From SAR116 cluster bacterium (GTDB taxonomy: Bacteria; Pseudomonadota; Alphaproteobacteria; Puniceispirillales; GCA-002684695), in contig NYVQ01000066.1 in NCBI GenBank assembly GCA_002684695.1, positions 7,086-31,085 of the forward strand: a stretch of DNA of 24,000 nucleotides, read 5' to 3'. Positions 1-8,553 of the stretch are shown here, piece after piece. The notes beneath the pieces are model-generated. The model searched no databases, was not told the origin of the DNA, and worked only from the letters and a program-made list of their open reading frames with translations. The stretch's first letter is position 1. Each line of letters begins with the position of its first letter. The position numbers and the translations under genes were made by a program.

Positions 1-859
1 TTTTTTTACAAAAATCTTCTATAATTCCAAAATTTTCGATAGTTTTGGTTTTTAAGTATTTTAACCCTCCATTTGATTTTGCCCACTCCAAAATAGAAAG
101 CCATTCTTGAACTGCAACCATAGAAGGAGTGTTTATAGTTAAACCATCAAAAATACTTAAATTTAACTTATTACTCTTTTTAAGATTAAATAATTTAGGA
201 ATGGGCCAACTAGGGTTATAACTGTCTATATGAGAAACCGCTTTAGGTGATAAGACTATCATTCCATGTCCACCCTCGCCTCCAAGAGCCTTTTGCCAAC
301 TAAAAGTAAGAACATCTATTTTTGACCAATCTATATCAACAGTAAAAATAGCTGAGGTTGCATCACATATAGTCAAGCCCTCTCTTAAGGGATCTATCCA
401 ATTTACGTCAGGTAAACAAACTCCACTAGTTGTTCCATTCCAAGTGAAAACAACATCATTATTAAAATTTATTTGATCTAAATCTGGGATCTTACCGTAT
501 GGTGCTTGAAAAATTCTAGTATCTAAAATTTTTAACTCATTTGTAATATCATTGACCCAATCATAACCAAAAGACTCCCAAGCTATTATATCAACTTTTC
601 TTGAACCTAAGATATTCCATAACGCTATTTCAAATGCTCCAGTGTCAGAACCTGGAAGTATTCCTAGTATGTAATCCTTAGGTAAATTTAAAAGATTTTT
701 AGTTTCTTCAATACAATGTTTTAAATGACTTTTCCCAACTTTTGAACGATGTGATCTACCAATAGAATCAAGTTTTATATTATTTAATGACCATCCTAAA
801 TATTTAGGGCACGGACCTGAAGAAAAACTTGGATTTAAAGGTAATATTGAAGGTTTCAT
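1..859 (-). CDS. serC: Phosphoserine aminotransferase, N-terminal ~286 codons (3' end runs off the window start)
   Basis: Absent from the ORF track because it is open at the window edge. My reverse-strand translation from the ATG (complement of 857-859) reads MKPSILPLNPSFSSGPCPKYLGWSLNNIKLDSIGRSHRSKVGKSHL..., then ...NDVVFTWNGTTSG..., then ...SWQKALGGEGGHGMIVLSPK. The FSSGPC, TWNGTTSG and SWQKxLGGE blocks are hallmarks of the alphaproteobacterial-type SerC. Confidence 0.85.
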   Translation of the reverse strand, partial: MKPSILPLNPSFSSGPCPKYLGWSLNNIKLDSIGRSHRSKVGKSHLKHCIEETKNLLNLPKDYILGILPGSDTGAFEIALWNILGSRKVDIIAWESFGYDWVNDITNELKILDTRIFQAPYGKIPDLDQINFNNDVVFTWNGTTSGVCLPDVNWIDPLREGLTICDATSAIFTVDIDWSKIDVLTFSWQKALGGEGGHGMIVLSPKAVSHIDSYNPSWPIPKLFNLKKSNKLNLSIFDGLTINTPSMVAVQEWLSILEWAKSNGGLKYLKTKTIENFGIIEDFCKK

Positions 860-899
860 CTAAAATTTTTATCAAAATAAGTTTTTATAAATATTATAA

Positions 900-2234
900 T
901 TAGCTTCTTGATAATACAGTCTCAACATCTCTAATTGTGTTAGAAATCAAAGCTTTATTGTTACTTTCAACCATAATTCTAATGATTTTCTCTGTACCTG
1001 ACGGTCTCACAATAATTCTGGCTTCACTCTCAATTTTTTTCTTAATTTCATTTAATTCATTTTTAATATTTTCATTTTCTAAAATATCTTTCCTAAAACC
1101 TTTGATATTATGAATAGTTTGAGGGATAGGAATAAACTTGTTAAAGAACTTACTAGATGGTTTTTTCTCATTTACAAACTCACATAATATTATTAAAGCA
1201 TTCATTAGCGCATCACCTGTCTTAGATAAATGTGGCACTAAAAGATGTCCTGATGGCTCGCCACCTAAAGAATAACCGAATTGATTAATCGCTTCAGATA
1301 TGTACCTATCTCCAACATCAGCTCTCATTAATTTCATACCTATATTATTTAACCAAAGATTAAATGCATGATTTGTCATTGTTGTTCCAACTACGGTATC
1401 ATTTTTTAATAAACCATCTCTTTGCATTTTTATAGCCAATATAGCTAGTAACTGATCTCCGTTTATTACATTACCTTTTTCATCTGACATAATTAAGCGA
1501 TCAGCATCACCATCAAAAGCAATTCCAAGATCGGCTTGATTTGAAACAACAGCTTTAGACATTTTTTCAGGATATACTGCTCCACAATGTTTATTTATGT
1601 TAAATCCATCAGGATCAACACCTATAGGAATAACTTCTGCCCCAAGTTCAAAAAGTGCTTGAGGTGCTGCTTTATAAGCAGCACCATTTGCACAATCAAC
1701 AACAATTTTAATACCTTCTAATCTTTGTTCTTTATTAATACATGATTTTACAGCCTCAATGTATCTTCCTACCGCATCTTCAAGTCGTCTTACACGCCCA
1801 AGAGCGTTAGGTTCAGCGAGCTTAATACCTCTATTTAGTAATTTTGAAATTTCATTTTCCATATTATCGGAAAGTTTTAGACCGTCGGGACCAAATAATT
1901 TTATTCCATTATCCTCAGACGGATTATGGGAGGCTGAGATCATTACTCCAAGATCGGCTCTAAATGACCTAGTTAATCTAGAAACACCAGGAGTAGGAAT
2001 TGGACCAAGAGTTAGGCAATCCATACCCATTGATGTAAAACCTGAAACTAATGCAGGTTCAAGCATATACCCAGATAGCCTTGTATCTTTACCAATAATG
2101 ACCCTATTCAAATTAGAACCACCTTTACCTATATAAACACTTCCAGCTGAAATTGCTAATTTTTGAACAAGTTCAGCTGTCATTGGCCATTCATTAACTT
2201 TGCCTCTTACACCGTCAGTCCCAAAAAGATTCAT
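900..2234 (-). CDS. glmM: Phosphoglucosamine mutase
   Basis: 444-aa ORF. It has the MNLFGTDGVRG N-terminus, the phosphoserine loop ISASHNPSEDNGIK and the Mg site FDGDADR. GGAG lies 5 nt upstream of the ATG. It sits in the conserved ftsH-folP-glmM order. Confidence 0.95.
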   Translation of the reverse strand: MNLFGTDGVRGKVNEWPMTAELVQKLAISAGSVYIGKGGSNLNRVIIGKDTRLSGYMLEPALVSGFTSMGMDCLTLGPIPTPGVSRLTRSFRADLGVMISASHNPSEDNGIKLFGPDGLKLSDNMENEISKLLNRGIKLAEPNALGRVRRLEDAVGRYIEAVKSCINKEQRLEGIKIVVDCANGAAYKAAPQALFELGAEVIPIGVDPDGFNINKHCGAVYPEKMSKAVVSNQADLGIAFDGDADRLIMSDEKGNVINGDQLLAILAIKMQRDGLLKNDTVVGTTMTNHAFNLWLNNIGMKLMRADVGDRYISEAINQFGYSLGGEPSGHLLVPHLSKTGDALMNALIILCEFVNEKKPSSKFFNKFIPIPQTIHNIKGFRKDILENENIKNELNEIKKKIESEARIIVRPSGTEKIIRIMVESNNKALISNTIRDVETVLSRS

Positions 2235-2248
2235 TCATACTCCACAAA

Positions 2249-2274
2249 AAATGTTATATTGTTTTATAACATTT
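2249..2274. repeat. Perfect 10-bp inverted repeat (aaatgttata / tataacattt, 6-nt loop) in the folP-glmM spacer; function unknown
   Basis: Read directly: 2249-2258 is the reverse complement of 2265-2274. On the minus strand the hairpin is followed by TTTTGTGGAG, which contains the glmM SD. The stem has only one G:C pair, so it is thermodynamically weak. Confidence 0.5.
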
Positions 2275-2292
2275 CATACATTTATTAATAGA

Positions 2293-3372
2293 TTAAATTT
2301 GTTTATTTATATGATTTGATATATTGATAGCCTGCTTACTCTCTAAAACGTCATGAACTCTTATCATTTGTGTGCCACATAAATTAGCATAGCAAAGAAG
2401 AGCAATTGAACCTCCAAGTCTATCTTCTGGCAGTTCATTATTAGATAAAACACCAATAGAAGATTTCCTGGAACCACCAAGAAGCACTGGAACACCAAGG
2501 CTTTGGTACATTGGTAGCCATGACATTATTTGCATATTATGAATAGGATTTTTACCAAAACCAAATCCTGGATCAACAGCTATAGAATTAAATTTCACAC
2601 CTTCTGAAAGGGCTAAGTCTATTTTTTTTTCAAGAAAATTATATATTTCTATGGGTGCAAATTGATATTTGGGTTTATTTTGCATATTTTTAGGTTCACC
2701 TTGGATATGCATAATAATAATTGAAGCTCCAAGTTTTGAAATAATCTTTGGTGTTTTAGGAGATGACATCCCTGAAATATCATTAATAATTTTTGCACCA
2801 TTATCAATAGCTCTTTCCATAATATTTGGTTTTCTAGTATCAGCACTAACAAGAAAATTATCTTTTGATAATTTTTTAATAACTCCAAGAATTCTTTTTC
2901 CTTCTTCTTCCTCTTCAACATAATCTGCATTCGGTTTTGAAGATTCTCCACCTATGTCAATTATATCTGCACCATTGTCTCTCATCTTGTAGGCATGAAT
3001 GATAGCATTTTCTTCACTTAAGAATTGACCTCCATCAGAAAAACTATCTGGTGTTAAATTAAGGATTCCCATTATTCTCATCTCGCTCATTGAAAGAGTT
3101 GAAAAATCTTTTTTTAACCTAAATAAGTTATTATTTTTTTTTAATAATTTGCCTCCTACACTATTAGAGATAATGTCAACTTCTTTAAATGATAATCGCT
3201 GAGCTCTATATTCACTATTATGATACCAAACAAGATCTATTTCATTATTTTGAGTGATATTTCTAAAATGAACTATATTAGGTTTTAGCCAACACAAACC
3301 CTGTTTTAAAATTTCATAAGGAATTTCATTAATATCTTTGGGTAGATATGTTATTCCACTACGGACACTCAT
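2293..3372 (-). CDS. folP: Dihydropteroate synthase with an N-terminal extension of unknown function
   Basis: 359-aa ORF. Residues ~98-359 form a complete DHPS pterin-binding domain (RIMGILNLTPDSFSDGG, DIIDIGGESSKP, VDPGFGFGK, LLGGSRKS). Residues 1-97 are extra. The ORF start lies 3 nt after the ftsH stop. Alternative internal starts are M95, M98 and M101 (3090, 3081, 3072), and none has an obvious SD. Confidence 0.9.
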   Translation of the reverse strand: MSVRSGITYLPKDINEIPYEILKQGLCWLKPNIVHFRNITQNNEIDLVWYHNSEYRAQRLSFKEVDIISNSVGGKLLKKNNNLFRLKKDFSTLSMSEMRIMGILNLTPDSFSDGGQFLSEENAIIHAYKMRDNGADIIDIGGESSKPNADYVEEEEEGKRILGVIKKLSKDNFLVSADTRKPNIMERAIDNGAKIINDISGMSSPKTPKIISKLGASIIIMHIQGEPKNMQNKPKYQFAPIEIYNFLEKKIDLALSEGVKFNSIAVDPGFGFGKNPIHNMQIMSWLPMYQSLGVPVLLGGSRKSSIGVLSNNELPEDRLGGSIALLCYANLCGTQMIRVHDVLESKQAINISNHINKQI

Positions 3373-3375
3373 AAA

Positions 3376-5295
3376 CTATGTAGATGGTTGAGCACCAGGT
3401 TTAATTCTGCCTGGGTTAGAAGGCACAGATGATTTTGGTTTATCTTTGTTTTTACCAATATTTTTGTTGATATCCTTATTTGATTTATCTAGTTTCTTTC
3501 CTTTAATTACATTAAAAATATCATCACTATCTAAAGTTTCATATTCAAGCAAAGCATTTGCAATCAAATCTAAATCTTTCTTTTTCTTCTTAAGGATTTT
3601 TGATGCATCAGTATAAGCATCATCAACAATATTTCTAATTTCTTCATCAATAATTTTTGCAGTCGAGTCAGATAGATTTTTTTGCTGAGAAACTGATCTA
3701 CCTAAAAAAACCTCTTGTTCATCTGCACTGTAAGCAAGAAACCCGAGCCTGTCAGAAAGCCCCCATTCAGTTACCATTCTTCTTGCAGTGTCTGAAACCA
3801 TACGAATATCAGATGAAGCACCTGTAGTAACCTTGTCTTCACCAAAAATCATTTCTTCAGCAATTCTTCCACCACAGGCAACTCTCAGGTCTGCAAATAA
3901 TTTATCACGGGCTAAAGATATTCTATCACCTTCTGGTAGTCTCATTACCATTCCGAGTGCTCTTCCTCTAGGAATAATAGTTGCTTTATGAATAGGATCA
4001 GACGCTGAACAATTTATTGCAACAACAGCATGGCCAGCCTCATGATAGGCGGTTAACTTTTTTTCCTCTTCTGTCATTACCATTGAACGTCTCTCAGATC
4101 CCATCATAACTTTATCTTTAGACTCTTCAAATTCAAGATTTGATACAGTTCTTCTTCCTTTTCTTGCAGCTAATAACGCAGCTTCATTAACTAAATTTGC
4201 AAGATCCGCACCAGAGAAACCTGGTGTCCCACGAGCAATTGTTCTTGGTTGTACATCATCAGATAAAGGAACTTTTCTCATATGAACTTTTAAAATCTTC
4301 TCTCTCCCAAGAATATCAGGGTTAGGAACTACTACTTGCCTATCAAATCTTCCTGGTCTTAAGAGCGCTGGATCTAAAACATCTGGTCTATTCGTTGCAG
4401 CAATAAGAATAACACCTTCATTTGCTTCAAAACCGTCCATTTCAACAAGCAACTGATTTAAAGTTTGCTCTCTTTCATCATTTCCACCACCAAGCCCAGC
4501 GCCACGATGTCTACCAACTGCATCTATCTCATCAATAAAAATGATACAAGGTGCATTTTTTTTCCCTTGTTCAAACATGTCTCTTACTCTGCTAGCACCA
4601 ACACCTACAAACATTTCAACAAAGTCAGAACCAGAAATTGTAAAAAAAGGAACTCCAGCTTCACCAGCAATTGCTCTTGCAAGGAGAGTCTTGCCTGTTC
4701 CTGGTGGGCCAACTAAAAGACAGCCTTTTGGAATTTTACCACCTAATCTTTGAAATTTAGCAGGATCCTTCAAAAATTCAACAATTTCTTCTAACTCTGT
4801 TTTAGCCTCATCTATACCTGCAACGTCCTCAAAAGTAACTTTTCCGTGTTTTTCAGTTAATAGTTTAGCTTTTGATTTTCCAAAACCCATCGCTTTCCCT
4901 GAACCTGACTGCATTTGTCGCATGAAAAAAATCCAAACACCGATTAATAAAAGCATTGGAAACCAAGATAATAAAGTGGATAGTATCCAAGAAACTTCTC
5001 TTTCTACTGGCTTTCCAATAATTCTAACACCACTGCTTTCAAGTAAAGTTACTAAATTTGCGCCCTGGGGAGAAAATGTAGTAATGACCCTTCCACCGGT
5101 AGTGGTAGCTGATATCGAACTTCCAGAAATTGTAGCTTCCCTGACATTGCCTGATTTTACAGATGATACAAAATCAGAGTATGCAAGTTCAGTTGAAGGT
5201 TTTTGATTATTTCCACTCTGGAATAAATTAAATAGAAGCAAAACAACAAGTATTATTGTAATCCAAAGAAGAAGGTTTTTTGTAAAATTATTCAA
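3376..5295 (-). CDS. ftsH: ATP-dependent zinc metalloprotease FtsH
   Basis: 639-aa ORF with an N-terminal TM helix, Walker A GPPGTGKT, Walker [12 protein letters not shown] and the zinc site HEAGHA. Confidence 0.97.
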   Translation of the reverse strand: MNNFTKNLLLWITIILVVLLLFNLFQSGNNQKPSTELAYSDFVSSVKSGNVREATISGSSISATTTGGRVITTFSPQGANLVTLLESSGVRIIGKPVEREVSWILSTLLSWFPMLLLIGVWIFFMRQMQSGSGKAMGFGKSKAKLLTEKHGKVTFEDVAGIDEAKTELEEIVEFLKDPAKFQRLGGKIPKGCLLVGPPGTGKTLLARAIAGEAGVPFFTISGSDFVEMFVGVGASRVRDMFEQGKKNAPCIIFIDEIDAVGRHRGAGLGGGNDEREQTLNQLLVEMDGFEANEGVILIAATNRPDVLDPALLRPGRFDRQVVVPNPDILGREKILKVHMRKVPLSDDVQPRTIARGTPGFSGADLANLVNEAALLAARKGRRTVSNLEFEESKDKVMMGSERRSMVMTEEEKKLTAYHEAGHAVVAINCSASDPIHKATIIPRGRALGMVMRLPEGDRISLARDKLFADLRVACGGRIAEEMIFGEDKVTTGASSDIRMVSDTARRMVTEWGLSDRLGFLAYSADEQEVFLGRSVSQQKNLSDSTAKIIDEEIRNIVDDAYTDASKILKKKKKDLDLIANALLEYETLDSDDIFNVIKGKKLDKSNKDINKNIGKNKDKPKSSVPSNPGRIKPGAQPST

Positions 5296-5315
5296 GAGTT
5301 TATCCTAATTAGTTA

Positions 5316-6656
5316 CTAATTTATAAATTTTATCTTAATTCCATAACAATCAAATAGGAAACTGATAAAGTTATTCGTTATATCAAGATGGTTATTTGAT
5401 TTAACAACGTCAAGTTTAATTTTCATTTTTTGATAATTAAATCGATCTATATCTACTGGAACATATTTCCAGACTTCATATGGTATAATTGATTTTCTAA
5501 CTATTTTATTTTTAATAAGCGAATAATTTGAGTTTTGCAAATATCCTACTTTAACTTTTTTACTACACAAAATTTCCCATTTATTATCGTATAACAAATT
5601 CCCAAATTCAGTAATTTTGCTTGGAGGTATCAATTCCTTAGACCACCTAACTAAAGAGACGTTTTTTTGTCTATAAAAAATTTTACATCCACCAAGAGTC
5701 CTGCCAGGCATTTTATTTTGATTATCAGTAAAATCTAATAAATGAACTAATAATTTTTCAACTTTTATTTTTTTTAAGAAATATTTTTCACCACCTATAG
5801 ATTTTATCTTTAGGAGCATTATTCTTACAGCAAAGTCTTTATTTAATCTGGATAAAAATTTTATATCTAGGTTTGACCAACCTAAGTTAAAAGACGGGAA
5901 ATGTACTGTGCATAATTCGTTTATTTTTTTATCTAATATTTCTGTTATTTTACCTACAGCTATTGAAAAATTATGTACATTTTTTAATATTTTGTCTTTA
6001 TTCTCTAAATTCTGTAAAAAATTGCGAGTTTTTACCCTTTCAAATTTTTCATTTATATTTGAATCATCTACAATAAACTTTATTGATTTTTCTTTACAAG
6101 TTTTAAGTATTATTTCTTTAGTGTATGATAGAAATGGCCTTAACAAAATGGTTCCACGCCAAGAAGAAACTTTTTTTATACCAGCAGCCCCCCAAAAACC
6201 AGTTTTTTTATTCATTCTCATGAATACTGTTTCAATATTATCATCTAAATGATGCCCCAAAAACAAGACTCCATTTTTGGATTTTGCAAAAGCAGAAAGT
6301 GTATTCAACCTTTCAAATCTTGCCCACTCTTGTATACCAGTATTTTTTGTATATTTTTTTAATTTAAATATTTCTGCCTTCAATCCAATGGCATTTAGTT
6401 TTTTTCTTGTAATTGATGCCTCTTTCCAAGAAGAATCTCTAAGTTGATGATCTATTATTACTGCAATAACATCTAACCCATTGATATTTGAGTATTTATT
6501 TAAAAGGTGGGATAGCATCATGCTATCTGGACCACCTGAAACACCTAATATTAAATTCTTTGTATTATCAAAATTAATTAAATTTAATAAGGAATTTACT
6601 TCTTTGAAAAATTTTTCTTCATCAATAATTTTTAAACTTTCGCCTAAACTAGTCAC
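5316..6656 (-). CDS. tilS: tRNA(Ile)-lysidine synthetase
   Basis: 446-aa ORF with the PP-loop motif GVSGGPDSMML. It lies between cpoB and ftsH, as is usual in alphaproteobacteria. Its start overlaps the cpoB stop by 8 nt. Confidence 0.85.
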   Translation of the reverse strand: MTSLGESLKIIDEEKFFKEVNSLLNLINFDNTKNLILGVSGGPDSMMLSHLLNKYSNINGLDVIAVIIDHQLRDSSWKEASITRKKLNAIGLKAEIFKLKKYTKNTGIQEWARFERLNTLSAFAKSKNGVLFLGHHLDDNIETVFMRMNKKTGFWGAAGIKKVSSWRGTILLRPFLSYTKEIILKTCKEKSIKFIVDDSNINEKFERVKTRNFLQNLENKDKILKNVHNFSIAVGKITEILDKKINELCTVHFPSFNLGWSNLDIKFLSRLNKDFAVRIMLLKIKSIGGEKYFLKKIKVEKLLVHLLDFTDNQNKMPGRTLGGCKIFYRQKNVSLVRWSKELIPPSKITEFGNLLYDNKWEILCSKKVKVGYLQNSNYSLIKNKIVRKSIIPYEVWKYVPVDIDRFNYQKMKIKLDVVKSNNHLDITNNFISFLFDCYGIKIKFIN

Positions 6657-7749
6657 ACGCTTTGTCAGCTTTTAACTCGTTAATTTTTCTAACAAAACGT
6701 TCTGGTGGATCAACTATAAAGTTTAAAGAATTTTCAAAAACTGTACATGCCTGCTCTGGTGGTGCGACATAACTCATTGCTTGAGCTATTCTCAAAGTTG
6801 TATCTATAGTCCTTGGGTCATCTGGATATTTATCATTAAAGTCAATATCACTAAATGCGGAGTCTTCATATTTTTTTTGCTTAAAAAGAACCCCTCCATA
6901 CCAGTAATGAGCATCTTTAATTTTTTCATCTAAAGGATGGATTGTCATGAATTCTTTAAGAGCTAATTCAGCTTCGTCATATTTACGTTTAAGTGCTAAT
7001 TCTAAAGAAAATTTAAATTGCTGTTCTGGAGTTGTGTCAGGCAATATACTAACGCTAGTAATATCTGAATTATTATCATCTAATGATAGCAAACCTAGAG
7101 TGCCATTCTCACTTTGGCTCACTTGAACATTTCCTGTCTCACTTAGATCGTTAGAAGAAAGCTGCTGAACTTCCTTTGTTGGCATTTCATTACTTCCTAG
7201 ACTATTTGAAGATAAATTATTTTGCAAACTTTGATTTTTTATAGAACTAGGCGTTATAAGAGATTCTAGTCGCATTATTCTAATTTCTGATTGTCCTATT
7301 AAATCAACAGTCGAGTTAAACCTTGAATCAATAAGCCTCAACTTATCTTTTAGTAATAATAAATCCTGCTCAATATTATTTGAATTGTGAGAATTATTGC
7401 TTTGATTCAAAGTTCCTGATGGTTGTATTTTTTCTAAATCAGAATAAATTCTGTCAATATCGTTTCTTATTTTGGTCAAATCAACTTCAACAATCCCTCT
7501 TAATTCTTTAACTGCATTTTCAAGAGCAACTATTCTTTTCTGTTGACCGTTACTAATTGAACCATTTGAATTTTTTTCATTACTGTAAACAAATTTTTCT
7601 AAATCAGCTAATTGTTTACTTAATTGCTGGAATCTTCCAGAGATGCTATCAATATTGGTTTGAGAATAAACTGGCAAATTAAATAAGTTAAAAGATAATA
7701 TTACTAAAAATAAAAAAAGTATTTTACGTAAATATAAATTTAATGCCAT
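6649..7749 (-). CDS. cpoB: Tol-Pal system protein CpoB/YbgF (signal peptide, coiled coil, N/S/Q-rich insert, C-terminal TPR-like domain)
   Basis: The track ORF starts at 7779. I prefer M11 (ATG = complement of 7747-7749) because AAGGAG (complement of 7755-7760) lies 5 nt upstream and the product then begins with a signal peptide, MALNLYLRKILFLFLVILSFNLFNLPVYSQ. The C-terminal part, KYDEAELALKEFMTIHPLDEKIKDAHYWYGGVLFKQKKYEDS...KYPDDPR, is YbgF-type TPR. It is the last gene of the tol-pal cluster. Confidence 0.75.
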   Translation of the reverse strand: MALNLYLRKILFLFLVILSFNLFNLPVYSQTNIDSISGRFQQLSKQLADLEKFVYSNEKNSNGSISNGQQKRIVALENAVKELRGIVEVDLTKIRNDIDRIYSDLEKIQPSGTLNQSNNSHNSNNIEQDLLLLKDKLRLIDSRFNSTVDLIGQSEIRIMRLESLITPSSIKNQSLQNNLSSNSLGSNEMPTKEVQQLSSNDLSETGNVQVSQSENGTLGLLSLDDNNSDITSVSILPDTTPEQQFKFSLELALKRKYDEAELALKEFMTIHPLDEKIKDAHYWYGGVLFKQKKYEDSAFSDIDFNDKYPDDPRTIDTTLRIAQAMSYVAPPEQACTVFENSLNFIVDPPERFVRKINELKADKACD

Positions 7750-7797
7750 CTCGTCTCCTTTACCAAGTTTTTTTATCATATACTATTTTAAATAGGC

Positions 7798-7825
7798 AAA
7801 AAAAAGGCACCTATTTAGGTGCCTT
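7798..7825 (-). terminator. Rho-independent terminator or attenuator downstream of pal
   Basis: On the minus strand there is a 9-bp GC-containing stem, AAGGCACCU (complement of 7817-7825) pairing with AGGUGCCUU (complement of 7804-7812), with a 4-nt loop. It is followed at once by a U-run, the complement of the 9-nt A-run 7797-7805 (aaaaaaaaa), whose first two U overlap the stem. The stem begins 21 nt after the pal stop. Confidence 0.7.
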
Positions 7826-7845
7826 AAAATATGTAAATTTTTATA

Positions 7846-8424
7846 TTAATCAATAGACGTTACAGATCTTCTATTCATCGACCATGCTGCTTTATTTGAG
7901 CCTAATACCTGTGGTCTTTCCTTGCCGTAACTTACAACGCTAATTCTATCACCATTAATTCCGACTGAAATTAAATAGTCTTTAACTGCAGAAGCTCTTT
8001 TTTCACCTAAGGCAAGGTTGTATTCTCTTGTACCTCTCTCATCACAATGTCCCTCAATGGTAACTTTTAGTGAAGGATTTTGGTTTAGAAATTTACCTTG
8101 ATTGTCTAAAATTGATCTATCCTCATCATCTAACTCAGAACTATCGTAACCAAATAGCACTCTATCACCAACTTTAATAAGGGCTGTTTTTGGATCAGTG
8201 TCATATGAATAAGAGGATGTTCCACTATCCGATGATGTTGAGGAGGAAGAAGACGTTGATGAAGTTGAACTTGTTTCACCACCAGATGAAGAAGAAGTTC
8301 CGCTTGATGCACTTGTTGAAGCTGATGATCCCGATGCACCAGAAGCAATAGCGTCTATTTCTGATGCAGTTTCACAAGCAGCTAATAAAGCCGCACTTGC
8401 TGCAAGTAATATAAATCTTTTCAT
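7846..8424 (-). CDS. pal: Peptidoglycan-associated lipoprotein Pal with a Ser/Thr-rich linker
   Basis: 192-aa ORF. It has a lipoprotein signal peptide with the lipobox LLAAC (Cys17) and a ~47-aa S/T/G linker. The C-terminal OmpA-like domain reads TIEGHCDERGTREYNLALGEKRASAV...YGKERP. The SD GAGGGG lies upstream of the ATG. Confidence 0.93.
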   Translation of the reverse strand: MKRFILLAASAALLAACETASEIDAIASGASGSSASTSASSGTSSSSGGETSSTSSTSSSSSTSSDSGTSSYSYDTDPKTALIKVGDRVLFGYDSSELDDEDRSILDNQGKFLNQNPSLKVTIEGHCDERGTREYNLALGEKRASAVKDYLISVGINGDRISVVSYGKERPQVLGSNKAAWSMNRRSVTSID

Positions 8425-8454
8425 GAGTTCCCCTCGCTAACTAATAATGTTAAT

Positions 8455-8483
8455 ATAATAACTAATTAAATGAACTGTCGCAA
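8455..8483 (-). promoter_or_regulatory. Candidate sigma70-type promoter for pal (TTGCGA-N17-TATTAT)
   Basis: Read on the minus strand: the -35 TTGCGA is the complement of 8478-8483, the spacer is exactly 17 nt, and the -10 TATTAT is the complement of 8455-8460. It sits about 30 nt upstream of the pal ATG, inside the unusually long 129-nt tolB-pal spacer. AT-rich background makes chance -10 matches common. Confidence 0.35.
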
Positions 8484-8553
8484 CTTAATTAATTTTATTC
8501 AATTTAGCAAGTCTATTAATTCCCATTTTGGTTTTTTTTTAATTTTTTTATTT

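Noticed and set aside
8130-8348. 72-aa same-strand alternative-frame ORF inside pal (H/Q/L-rich).
   Set aside because: It is an artefact of the repetitive Ser/Thr codon tract, which is stop-free in more than one frame. The pal frame carries the lipobox and the OmpA-like domain.
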